Assembly (NCBI GenBank): GCA_965649765.1
Contig: OZ287750.1
Span: forward strand, 78,430,001 to 78,494,000
Reading direction: 5' to 3'
DNA from: Bispira polyomma
Taxonomy: Eukaryota
Length of the DNA: 64,000 nucleotides
In this document: piece after piece, positions 1 through 11,324 of the stretch
Position numbering within the stretch: position 1 is the stretch's first letter
How the letters are laid out: each line of letters opens with the position of its first letter
The notes under the pieces: model-generated
Database searches by the model: none
What the model was told of the DNA's origin: nothing
What the model saw: only the letters and a program-made list of their open reading frames with translations
Position numbers and translations under genes: made by a program

Positions 1-380
1 AAAGTTGTTATCTCTCAACAGCCCTCCTACCTTTTTGATTGATTTTCCTTCAGTAACCTTAAAAGGAAAAGGAGACTTTCTGTTTCCTTTGTTAAACCTA
101 CCAAAGAGGCTGGATCTAGAGCTTTCTTTATTCCTGCCCCTATGGTATGGAATAGTGTCCCTGTTGAGTTTAGATCACTTGATCACGACTTTCTATTTTA
201 TGAGAAAAGCTTAAACCCCATCTTTTTAAAATCGCCCACCGTCTCTTAGTTCCATCCTTGTACACCCTGCATCCTTCCTTATGAACTTTGTGATGCTATG
301 GGACTTCTCTATTGGTTAACTGATTCTGTTGTTATGCTTTAGAAGATGCCTCGCATAAATAAGGCGCCTTAAAAGTCCAA
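1..380 (+). mobile_element. L2-clade LINE 3' end fragment (ORF2 C-terminus plus 3' UTR)
   Basis: Degenerate match to 8200-8560, including the 3' UTR motif GATTCTGTTGTTATGCTTTAGAAGATGCCT. Confidence 0.75.
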
Positions 381-947
381 TGAGATGATCAAGCATGGCA
401 GTAAATGTTTGAAAATCAAAATGTTTGAAAAGAATAGATGTGTTGAGATTGAGAAATGTGGGACATTCATTTGTCTAAGCCACCCTGGCCAGCAATCTAG
501 ATAGGAAACCTCCACATGGGAATTTAATTGAGGTCAAATATCCACATGTGGCTAAAGACATAGACATGTGACTGTTCCTTACCCGAGGTCAGTAGGGTAT
601 GTCACATTGGACAAGAACCACAATTATCATTATCAAGTCAAAGGGCAATTATTTTGTTCGGAAAAGAAAATTTGTTATTTTGTGTGAAAATCTTCAAAGA
701 TTTTGTTACTGTTAAAGTAGAGAGAGATGGTCAAGTTATTGAAAATACAGTGAGTAAATTGGAAAATTTCTATAAAATGTATTTTCTTACTGCATAATAA
801 TGATATATAATATGTCCAAATACATGGAATTATATTGCTGATGTTGGCATCAAATAAGAAAGCAGATTCATTAGTGGCACTAAGTTTTTGCCATTATTAG
901 AAGGTAGTATTAATTTGCCCATTAGGGGGGTTGAGAGAGAGATAAAT

Positions 948-1135
948 TTAAGTGTTGTCAACATGTTTAACGTTGTGATTACTGATAACTGTGCTGAGGG
1001 GATGTGTATATAGAGTGCATAAAGTAGAGGTCAGAGGACCGTCATGGATTTGTTTTGCGACTGCTTTCTCAATGAGTTTGAGGACATCATTCTCAGAAAG
1101 TGTATGGAGTAGATTTGAAACTTTGTAGCCCATTA
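948..1135 (-). mobile_element. Small rearranged L2 RT fragments
   Basis: Peptides LSENDVLKLI, EKAVAKQI and LYTHPLSTVI match non-contiguous parts of ORF 6677-8428. Confidence 0.7.
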
Positions 1136-1139
1136 TTCA

Positions 1140-1560
1140 CTCAAGATCATCGTGTTCCCCAAGATCATCTCCTTCCCTCAAGATCATCTCATTCCCACTA
1201 CTTATTTATTTTTTTATTTCAAGATCATCTTGTTCCCTCAAGATCATTATGATCCCTCGAGATTATGTCGTTCCCACGACTTTATCTCATTCCCATGACT
1301 TTATCTTGTTCTCCCAACTTAATTTTCTCGTTCTCACGACTTTATCTGGTTCCTATGACTTAATTTTGTTACCACAACTTTATCTTGTTACCACAACTTT
1401 ATCTTGTTCCCACAACTTTATCTCGTTCCCATGACTTAATTATCTCGTTCCCACGACTTTATCTCATTATAACTAGATAATTATCTTGCTCCCACGACTT
1501 TATGTTGTTCCCACAACTTTATCTCGTTCCTAAGACTTAATTATATCATTATAACAAGAT
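1140..1560. repeat. Degenerate ~20-21 bp tandem repeat array (CACGACTTTATCTCGTTCC / CAAGATCATCT)
   Basis: Roughly 20 visible repeats of related short units. Confidence 0.8.
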
Positions 1561-2349
1561 AACTGGTCTAAAAATAAATCTTGATGTCCTAAAAAGGGCT
1601 CCGTAGGTTTCCCTATCTTTCAATAAACAAAAAACACCTGACAGAGTATTACAAAAACACAGTGTAAGCACTTTTACCTATTTAAACATTTGCTAATATA
1701 ACACTTGAAAGAGTATACTTCCAAATTCGTTCACACTCCTTTTATTTTTTGGCAATCACCACATCCATCAATGTGACTAGAGACTGTTTCATTTGACCAA
1801 AAATATTTAATAATGTAAGCAATCTCCCATATTATTATGTGAAAACTGGCTCTAAAGGTCACCATTTACATTCAAAAATTGTCTATATTTTTGTTGTAAT
1901 GGCCAACTACATTTTGTGATATAGATTTACTTTTTTACAATATTAAGTATATAATTGTACAGCTCATTGTTGTGAATGTTTGTATGCCCTAGCAATACAG
2001 TGTTGGGAATAAGCATTTCTCTAATCTCGATATACTCTCGTGGTCGGTCAGATAATTTTTGCCCAAAAATTGTTAATCACAGGACAAAACCAAAAGAGAT
2101 GTTCAATGGTTTCTGTTGATACTTTACAGAAATCACATTCATCATCTTCTGTTATCTTATAAAATTTTAATATTTATTAGTTGGGATGATTTTTATGAGA
2201 ATTTTGTATTGAAAGGCCCTCATAGAGCTGTCGACTGTGCATCTAAAATTCAACGAGTAAAATTTCCCCATTGCGATTTATTTATTTTCTCTTTAAGAAT
2301 ATTTGACCATTTTTCTTCATGGACTCTGTGATAATTCTTACTTGAGGTC

Positions 2350-4745
2350 ATCAAGACATAAGCCCCTTTGCACACCTTTCTTTTATTTTAATAGACTCGA
2401 AACTTTTTGACACACCTTTGGCCTATTGAGTTTTTCATATGGGTTTTGTTTCCATTATCTAGGAATAGAATGTACCAGACTATAAAAGTCTACAAAATTA
2501 ATATAAATATTGAAAGTTTCAATTAACTCTGGTAGTCATATAGATTACCTGAGTTACTTAGTAAGTCATTGACATACATTATCCCTTTATTTATAAACGC
2601 TTGAGAACTTTTAACCAAATTTGGGTTTTTAATGAAATAGCTGTCCCAAATTGGATATATTCTGGGGTCAATATCAATCCCATTTATCTGTTTGTACTTG
2701 ATCCAAGCTGCTATTACATCCTTCCAAAAAGTGTTCTTGATTTTGTTCTTGTATTTGATTAAAGATGTAATATCTAGCTCCCAGAAAGATTTCTTATCTA
2801 ACATCAAGTTAGCTTCAAATAGAGTTTGCCAATTTCCACCATTTTCAATCAATCTCTTTACCCAAGTCAATTTCAGTGCACAGTCAAACAATCTAAGATT
2901 AGTGAGTTTCAATCCCCCTTCATGTATATCTTTTTCTAGTTGAGGTGCCGCACTTTTACTTGTGCCTTTCCAAATGAAACTGAGGAACATCTCCTTAATT
3001 TGAATTAATACATTAATTCTAGGAGTTGGTAAAGCAATCAAAAGGTATACGAGTTTTGGTATAGCCAAACTTTTATCACTGTTACTTTTCCAATGATGGA
3101 CAGTTTAAACTGTTTGTACAGGTTTAGCAATTTTTCAATTTCTGAAATTTTTTGACGAAACTTAAGTTTAATCATTTTATCCGGATTTACACTAAACTTT
3201 GTTTCTAAAAATGTAAAATTATTTACCCAGTTTAGTTTGATTTCATTGCAAATAGTTTGAGTCCTACCCTTTTCACCATCTAGCCAAACTGCCAGTGTTT
3301 TGTCCAGATTAATTTTTAAACCAGAACATTCTTCAAATTTCCTAAACACCATAATACTTTCTCTAATTGATAATTCTGAACCATCTAGTACTAAAAAGGT
3401 ATCATCAGCATATTGGCCAATTTTTTAACATTATTGTTAATCATCACACCCTTTATATTACTGTTTCTTTTTATTACCATTGCCAGAGGCTCAACTGCAA
3501 GTCTAAAAAGATAAGGACTCAGTGGATCTCCCTGCCTACAGGATCTACCTAGTTTAAAAAATTCAGTAAAATAACCATTATTTAAGACATTATTTAAGAC
3601 ACAACTACCTAGCCAAACTGCCAGTGTTTTGTCCAAATTAATTTTTAAACCAGAACATTCTTCAAATTTGCTCAACACCATAATACTTTCTCTGAGTGAA
3701 AATTCTGAACCATGTAGTACTAAAAAGGTATCATCAGCATATTAACCAATTTTTATAACATTATTGTTAATCATCACACGTTTATATTACTGTTTCTTTT
3801 TAATACCTTTGCAAGAGGTACAACTGCAAGTATAAAAGATAAGGACTCAGTGGATCTCCCTGCCTATAAGTTCTACCTAGTTTAAAAAATTCAGTAAAAT
3901 AACCATTATCTAAGACACAACTGCATGAGTTTTTGTACAGAATATTAAACCAATTTACAAATTGAGGGGCGAAATTATAAGAATTTAAAATATTTTCAAT
4001 GTATCTCCACTCGATTGAGTCAAATGCTTTCTCAAAGTCTATCAATTACAGAAGTCCAACTTGCTGGTTTTGATCAAGATATTGAATGACATCGTAGACC
4101 ATTCGAATATTTTCGCCTATGTATCTTCTTTTTTTAAATCATTTTGTTCGGTTCCTATGATATTTGGCAAGATCCTTTTTAATCTCGTAGCTAAAACACC
4201 AGATTAAAGCTTTCAATCCACGTTTCTCAAAGAAATAGGCTTATCCCCCTTTGGTAGTAGATTTATTATGCCTTGTTTCTGTGTTTGAGAAAGTTCTCCC
4301 AACAGGAAGGCTTCATTAATACTATTAAGGACATGTTCACCAATGTCTACCCCAAATATTTTGTAAAACTCAGGGTATCCATCCGTACCTGGTGATTTAC
4401 CATTTGACATTTCTTTCAGAACCTCCTTGATTTTGTGTTCGGTTATTAGACCCTTTCATGTGGCCTTGTCATTAGTTTCTAAAACTTTGATATTACCCTT
4501 TTTGCAGAACATATTTAGGCAATCTTAGAAGTTCGGCGAATTTTTGTAAAATCTCTTTAGCTCATCTATGATTAACTTTTGATCCATCAACAGATTCTGT
4601 CCTGTGTTAACTCTGTTAACTATTATTTCATATAGTTTCATTTTTTTAAATTGCAGAAATAATTCGGTTATCTCGTTATATTCATACAAATCCGCCTTCG
4701 CACGTAGGAAAATACCTCTTATAGTGTCTTATCTCAACTTTTGAA
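2350..4745 (-). mobile_element. Decayed L1/Tx1-clade LINE ORF2 (RT region) with an internal ~330 bp tandem duplication
   Basis: Motifs KSPGTDG, IDFEKAFDSIEW, RQGDPLSPYLF, SGLKINLDKT, GGLKL; many stops and frameshifts; 3281-3609 repeats at 3610-3925. Confidence 0.9.
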
Positions 4746-5010
4746 AAAGGTGATTGTAGTCCAGATTTAAAAATGTCTTTGGAAGTAATCATTCTGAGAC
4801 AGGCAGGGAGTTCATTCTAAAGTTTTGTTCCAGCAATTGCTATTGATCTATTTCCATAATACCTCACTATTTTTAGGATAAACACTGAAATAGCCAGATT
4901 TGACATTGAAATAATTTGTCGGTTTTTCGTTATATTCATACAAATTCATACGAATACCTTTTATAGTGTTTTGTCTTAACTTTTGACAAATGTGATTTTA
5001 GTCCAGATTT

Positions 5011-5797
5011 TTAAATGTCTTTGGAAGTAATCATTTGTTTTTTTTTATCAAGGGAGTTACATTTGCGGTCTTCAAACAGGTGGGGAAAAACACCATCCCA
5101 AAGAGTAAAATTTAATATCTTGGTTATGGGTGTGACTAGAATGTCAAGGCATTGATTTAGAATAACTACGGGGATAGGATCTAATTCCCAAGATATAATA
5201 GTAGAGGATTTCATGAGTTTTAGAACATCCTGCTCTGACAGTGTACTGAAATAGAACAGGTTAGAAACGTTATTTCCTTGGGCTGGAGGACTGAAGTGAT
5301 ACATCGTTAAAAACTGTCACAAATGTTGCTGATTTTATCAATAAAATTTTTTTTTAATTTTTAAGCTAAAAACGTAAGGCATTTATGGGGAGAACTTCTC
5401 CGATGTTCGATGTAGAATTTTCTTTTTAGAGGCCCATAACCTTTTGGGATTGTCCTGATTTTTACTGATGACAGAGTCGTAATGTTTCTTTTTGGCACCA
5501 GATATTAGACTGTTAAAATTATTTGTGGCGATAGAGTAACAGTTTCTGACAAAGGAGGATTTAGTACGACGCCATTGACGCTAAAGTTGGCGTTTGCATT
5601 TTTTGGCCTCTGTAATGGTGGCGCTGGTCCATTCATTGGGGTTTGTTGGGGGAAGGGTTTTAGATACCCAAGGCGCATGTTTATTATGGATGGTAGACTG
5701 GCAGTGATTGTATTGTAAGCTGAAGATTTCATGTTCAATGAGATTTGATTCCAGGATGTCTTCTCTAAATTTGTTTATATTGATTTTTCTGATATTT
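5011..5797 (-). mobile_element. Older L2 LINE copy, downstream half (continues from 8573-9800)
   Basis: Reverse complement aligns with 6305-7110 (KNIRKININKFRED, LDPIPVVILNQCLDILVTPIT). Confidence 0.85.
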
Positions 5798-5798
5798 T

Positions 5799-6779
5799 TT
5801 GCACAAACGCGGGGGAGGAGTTGGCATTTTTGTGAAAAATACCCTTTCCTGTGAAATTCTAAAAAACCAATCCTACTCGTCTTTCGAACACATTTCATGC
5901 AAAATTTCAAATGGTTATCATTCATTCCTAGTTTCCTCCTTTTACAGACCACCCATCCCTTCTTTAACTAGTTTTACTCAAGAGTTTTCAGCATTCCGTG
6001 AGACCCTTAACCTTCTCCCATTTGAAGCTATCATCCTTGGTGATTTCAACATCAAGCTCGACATAGAAAATACTACAACAAAAGATTTCAACACACTCCT
6101 CGACACTTTTGGATTCTCACAGTTTATCTCTATTTCAACCCACATCCACAATCACATACTCGATCTGGTAATCGCAAGACCAAATTCAAATCTCATCAGA
6201 GAATCATGGGTAACTGATGGGATTTCAGATCACCTGGCAACCTTCGCCTATTTAAATTTACCAATACCTGCCTCGCATAAACCTTGTGTCATAAAATACA
6301 GAAACATCAGAAAAATTAATATAAACAAATTCAGAGACGATATCCTGGAAACTAATCTCATCAAACATCCATGCAAAAATGCTGAAAGCCTTAGCTTACA
6401 ATACAATCACTGCCTTTCTACTGTCCTTGATAAACATGCGCCATGGGTATCAAAAACCCTTCCCCCAACTAACAACCATGAATGGACCAATGCCGCCATT
6501 ACAGAAGCCAAAAGACGCAAACACCAACTCGAGCATCAATGGCGACGCACAAAATCCTCCTTAGACAGAAGCCGTTACCGTATCGCCACAAATAATTACA
6601 ACAGGCTAATAACTGATGCCAAAAAGCAACACTACGACTCCATCATCACCGAAAATCAGGATAATCCCAAAAGGTTATGGGCCTCCATAAACAAAATTCT
6701 ACATCGAACATCAGAGAAGGTTCTCCCCATAAACCACTGTCTTACTTTTTTAGCAGAAAAATTTGGAAATTTTTTATAG
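5799..6779 (+). CDS. LINE ORF2 N-part: apurinic-like endonuclease (APE) and linker
   Basis: RGGGVGIF, FYRPP, ILGDFN, HILDLV, ISDH motifs. Confidence 0.9.
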   Translation: MHKRGGGVGIFVKNTLSCEILKNQSYSSFEHISCKISNGYHSFLVSSFYRPPIPSLTSFTQEFSAFRETLNLLPFEAIILGDFNIKLDIENTTTKDFNTLLDTFGFSQFISISTHIHNHILDLVIARPNSNLIRESWVTDGISDHLATFAYLNLPIPASHKPCVIKYRNIRKININKFRDDILETNLIKHPCKNAESLSLQYNHCLSTVLDKHAPWVSKTLPPTNNHEWTNAAITEAKRRKHQLEHQWRRTKSSLDRSRYRIATNNYNRLITDAKKQHYDSIITENQDNPKRLWASINKILHRTSEKVLPINHCLTFLAEKFGNFL

Positions 6780-8428
6780 AAAAAATCAGCAACATTCGTG
6801 ACGCTTTCCCAACAATACATCACTTCAATCCTCCAGCCCCAGGATATAAGGTTTGTAACCTGTGTCATTTTAGTACACTGTCAGAGCTTGAAGTTCTGAA
6901 ACTCATCAAATCCTCTACTATTAAATCTTGTGACTTAGGTCCCATCCCAGCAGTTATGCTGAGTCAATGTCTTGACATTCTTGTCACACCCATAACAAAT
7001 GTATTAAATTTTTCTCTTCGGGATGGTGTTTTTCCCACCTGTTTCAAGACGGCAAATGTAACTCCCTTGATTAAAAAACAAGGGCTTGATAAAAACCATC
7101 TCAAAAACTACAGACCGGTGTCAAACCTTAGCTTCATCTCAAAAGTCATCGAGAAAGCTGTAGCTAAACAAATTTCTGACCACCTTAATAGACAAAACAT
7201 TGAAAATCGCCACCAGTCAGCTTATAGAAAATTTCACTCTACAGAAAGTGCCCTTTTTTCCATCAGCAATGATATCAATCTTGCACTGGACCGCAACGAC
7301 ACAGTGGCCCTCACCCTTCTGGATCTCTCAGCTGCATTCGACACTATTGATCATGTTCTGCTCTGCGACACTCTCAAGCAGTGGTTCGGTATAAATGGCA
7401 GTGTCCTTAAATGGATCAGATCCTACCTTACTCTTAGGGCACAAAGAATTAAACTAGATGATCACCTATCATCTTCCATAAAACTTCCATATGGAGTACC
7501 CCAGGGATCCGTCCTTGGTCCTCTACTTTTCACCCTTTATACACATCCTCTCAGCACTGTCATCAATAAACACAATATAAAACACCACATGTATGCAGAC
7601 GACACTCAAGTGTATTTCTCCCTCAATCCACAAAACGCAGATACTAACATAAACCTACTTGCAGACTGTCTGTCTGATGTCCGAGCATGGATGAACTACT
7701 CCAAACTAAAGCTTAACCCTGACAAAACAGAATTCATCCTCATAGGAAACAAGAAAAACAGTGAACTCCTAAAATCTTTGTTTCCCATCTCCCTGCTGGG
7801 AAAAGACATACTACCTTCCGAAAATGATAAAAACCTGGGTGTCACTTTTGATTCAGCTTTTTCGTTCGATACTCATGTTGCCAACATCTGTCGCTCCTGC
7901 TATTACCACATACGCGACATCAAAAGAATCAGCAACCACTTGTCCATGGACACAGCGATAATTGTGGCAAATGCCCTTGTAAGTAGCCGCCCCGACTACT
8001 GCAATTCTCTCTTGTACGAAGCAAATAAGTCAAACATTGAAAAGCTCCAGTCCATCCAAAACTACCTATGTAGGGTCAATTTTCGCCTGGGTTGTCGCAC
8101 AGACGTTACTCCTTACCTCAAAAAATTACACTGGTTGCCCATTAAATTTCGAATTTTGTTTAAAATTCACATTACCACTTTTAAGGCTGTAATCACTCAA
8201 CAGCCACCCTACCTTGCCTCCCTTCTTTCCTTTAGTAACCGCAAGAGAGGCAACAGACTCTCTGTCACTTCGGTCAGACCAATCAGAAAGGCGGGTTTCA
8301 GAGCGTTCTCCACCGCAGCTCCACGGTTATGGAACAGTCTCCCAGTTGACCTCAGATCAGTTGACACACTTATCGGTTTTAGGAAAAAGCTTAAAACCTA
8401 TCTTTTTAATCTTGCCTACCCACCTTAG
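6677..8428 (+). CDS. LINE ORF2 C-part: reverse transcriptase (L2 clade); true frame begins about 6775
   Basis: NYRPVSNL, LLDLSAAFDTIDH, GVPQGSVLGPLLF, YADDTQ, LNPDKTE, LHWLP, LKTYLF...AYPP end. Confidence 0.95.
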   Translation: MGLHKQNSTSNIREGSPHKPLSYFFSRKIWKFFIEKISNIRDAFPTIHHFNPPAPGYKVCNLCHFSTLSELEVLKLIKSSTIKSCDLGPIPAVMLSQCLDILVTPITNVLNFSLRDGVFPTCFKTANVTPLIKKQGLDKNHLKNYRPVSNLSFISKVIEKAVAKQISDHLNRQNIENRHQSAYRKFHSTESALFSISNDINLALDRNDTVALTLLDLSAAFDTIDHVLLCDTLKQWFGINGSVLKWIRSYLTLRAQRIKLDDHLSSSIKLPYGVPQGSVLGPLLFTLYTHPLSTVINKHNIKHHMYADDTQVYFSLNPQNADTNINLLADCLSDVRAWMNYSKLKLNPDKTEFILIGNKKNSELLKSLFPISLLGKDILPSENDKNLGVTFDSAFSFDTHVANICRSCYYHIRDIKRISNHLSMDTAIIVANALVSSRPDYCNSLLYEANKSNIEKLQSIQNYLCRVNFRLGCRTDVTPYLKKLHWLPIKFRILFKIHITTFKAVITQQPPYLASLLSFSNRKRGNRLSVTSVRPIRKAGFRAFSTAAPRLWNSLPVDLRSVDTLIGFRKKLKTYLFNLAYPP

Positions 8429-8572
8429 CTTTCCTTGTGCACGCTCCCACTTCCTTCCTTACGACTCTGCAATTTCCATGGACTTAATGATTGGACTAAT
8501 GATTCTGCTGTTGCGCTTTAGAAGATGCCTAGCATCAATAAAGCGCGTTAAAAATCTATAATAATAATAATA

Positions 8573-9800
8573 ATATTTCTGTATTTTATCACACAAGGTT
8601 TTTGTTAGGCAGGTACAGGCAAATTTAAATAGGCAAAGGTTGCTAGGTGATCCGAAATCCCATCAGTTACCCATGATCCACTGATGAAATTTAAATTTGG
8701 TCTTTCAATTACCAGATCGAGTATGTGATTGTGGATGTGGGTTGAACTGGAGATAAAAGGGGAGAACCTAAAAGTGTTAAGGAGGTTGTTGAAATCTTTT
8801 GTTACAGTATTTTTTATGTCTACCTTGATGTTGAAATCACCAAGGATAATAGCTTCAAGTGGGAGAAGGTTTAGGGTCTGAAGGAATTCGGAAAACTCTT
8901 GAGTAAAGGTAGCTAGAAAAGGGATGGGTGGTCGGTAAAAAGAAGAAACCAGGAATAAATGGCAACCATTTAAAATTTTGCATGAGATGGATTCAAAAGA
9001 CGAGTAGGACTGATTTTTTAGAATTTCAAAAAAGCAATTTTTCAAAAAGCATTTTTTACAAAGATGCCTACTCCTCCTCCGTGTTTGTGTGACCTAGGAA
9101 ACTAAAAAAATTGTAACCCAGAATTGTTGTATCAGTCAAAAAATATGTGGTATCCCTACTGCTGAGCCACATTTTGGAGACGGTAGCAATATCCAGGTCC
9201 TGGGCTATGACTAAATCAATAGCCGCAGGTGCCTTATTCTGCAAGGAACAAGCGTTAAATGCACCGATCTTGAGCATGGATGCCGGGAGGCCTGGATTTA
9301 TGCTGATGTACCCGCAAGAGCGGTCTGCAGAGGGATCCATGTACTATTTACCCTGGGATTAGGACAATGGGTTATGTGTAGTTGAAAGCATAAAAATGAG
9401 GTGTTCGCATTATCCAGGGAGGCAAGGAAGGATTTACCATTTTACGCACGGCAGCAGTAGAAAACAGTACTTCCACATCTCAAGTACAGCTACTTACAAA
9501 ACAAAAATGAAAAGACGAAAATAACAAGGTAGAGCCAGACAGTGCAGAATGCAAGATGTTTAATATTATATATGTAAAACAGTTACAGGAGCAAAAATGT
9601 GTATGAGAAAATTACACAGCGGAAAGGGGAATGTGAAATTCGCAGAAAAACGAAAACAGGGTATGTAAGTGATAATGGCAGAAGGTTAAAACAATTTGGT
9701 GAGAAGTACTAAAAGGGCGCAGCAAAAATCCAAAAAATAATGGAAATGAGACAAATATAAGTAAAGTCAACGAAAAAGCTGTGTGTTTAACCATAATTAG
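8573..9800 (-). mobile_element. Older L2 LINE copy, upstream half (5' region plus APE domain)
   Basis: ORFs 9068-9340 (KIGAFNACSL) and 8605-9045 (FYRPP, ILGDFN, ISDH) parallel the plus-strand copy; outer 5' limit approximate. Confidence 0.85.
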
Positions 9801-10140
9801 AAGGAAATCATTATATTTGGGATAAAGTGATGATATGGCGGAGACTCATCAGCACAGAGGTGAGGAGTAACACCAAATAATCTTAATATATTTCCCACTG
9901 GAGATGTAAAATCTGCATAGAAGTCTGAACCTAGAATAGAACCCTGAGGAACACAACACTCGAAGTGTTTAGTAATTGTTAAGATCCCATTAGCTAGCAT
10001 TTGCTTTAACCTGTTGTGTAAGTAATAAGCAACCCAGGAAAGACTGTTGCAAACCAATCTGGGTGCTAAGCCTCTGTAGCAGGATGTCATTGTCCACTAT
10101 ATCAAAGGTTGCAGATAAGTCCAACATAACCAAAATAGTT
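9797..10140 (-). mobile_element. Old CR1/L2-group RT fragment
   Basis: VPQGSILG and degenerate LDLSATFD-like sequence at ~10100-10130. Confidence 0.7.
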
Positions 10141-10338
10141 CAGCCGAATGAAATGAGTTTGAGGTCAAGGTCATAAGATGGTAGTTTGACCTTGTGTGTG
10201 AGATTTTGAAAGGTAAGAGGTCAGATGCAGTTTGGGATATTTATTTATAAATCTTTAGTTTATAAATGTTTAGCTTCTATGTACAACTATACAGAAAATT
10301 TTAGATAAGAACTAAAATTTTAACATGCCAAAGCCAAA

Positions 10339-11318
10339 CTAAAATTTGGAAGAGACAATAGAAGCAAAGGTGGTAGGGATGATAGAAGAAGCATGAGAGG
10401 TATTTTTTAAGTAAGTCCACACTGCATCTGACTTCCAGCACCCATGTTTTTGTATGTGCTGGAGTTTTATGTTGGAATTGAAGGCTAAGGAGGCGCCAGA
10501 GCGCCTGATACAATGAAATGAATGGCCTTCAGTGGGAATGTTTAGCTGATTAAGGATAAGTTTTAATATAGATCTTAACTTGTTGTCAGTTAAGCAAAGA
10601 CCTGTGTTTGAAGGATTTGCTAAAAGAGGATCCATGGGTCCAAGTGGATATTTTTGAAAAAGGGACTTTGCAGCCCTAACAGGACACAGCCAAGAATTGC
10701 TGAGTGAAGGTAATTATATGATATCAGGCGAAGTCCTAGCCTGATTTGTTTTGGACCATTTTATAATTAAGTGAATACCAGGAGGAGCAAATAAGATATC
10801 TGACCTTGTGAGATGTTTAGTGGGGTCAAAGGGGGTACCTGAAGAAGGGGTCAAATTTGATATTCTTAAAAAACCAAAAAATGCAAACAGAAAAGCTGTC
10901 CTAAATAACTCGGGATACTGAAGTTGCTCACATGCCTGAGAAATGTGTAAGAGCTGAGTTAAGTCAAAAACTCCTTTGACCTTGGGTGTATACTTGGAAG
11001 TGATCTCTAAAGATCTGGTGTATAAAGGTAATCTGGGATCATAAAGCCCAGTGTTCTGAATGTTCAGCACTTTGGTTTTGTGTCTTAAAGCTGAGAGGTA
11101 ATTTGTGACGACTTTGTGAGAAATTCCTGATTGAGTCAAGAATTCAAAGAAAGCTATGATACTGTTGAAACTAAAAGTCTGTTGTAAGTCATAATAAATT
11201 GTGAAACTCAGAAACAATCAAAACTGGTTGTCATACTGTTTCTGTGTTCTTGGTCTGTGACTCTGTTCTAAACGTCTAAAGGTGTCTTGTACCAGTGAAG
11301 TGGCAGGTAAGGGAGTGT
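10339..11318 (-). pseudogene. Tyrosine recombinase (YR) of copy 1
   Basis: FFGFLRISNL, KWSKTNQ, HSFHCIRRSGA, HGCWKSDAVWTY give the R-K-HxxR-H/W-Y catalytic set; premature stops near 11219 and 10714. Confidence 0.92.
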
Positions 11319-11324
11319 CTGAAA

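Larger units (their letters stand above)
5798..8575 (+). mobile_element. 5'-truncated, near-intact L2-clade LINE (APE + RT) with 3' UTR and (AAT)n tail
   Basis: Two long ORFs joined by one frameshift near 6775; tail ATAATAATAATAAT at ~8558-8575. Confidence 0.93.

Noticed and set aside
1140-1560. Short-repeat array as CRISPR, or ORF 1249-1434 as a gene
   Set aside because: Contiguous tandem units with no spacers; the ORF is a by-product of the repeat.
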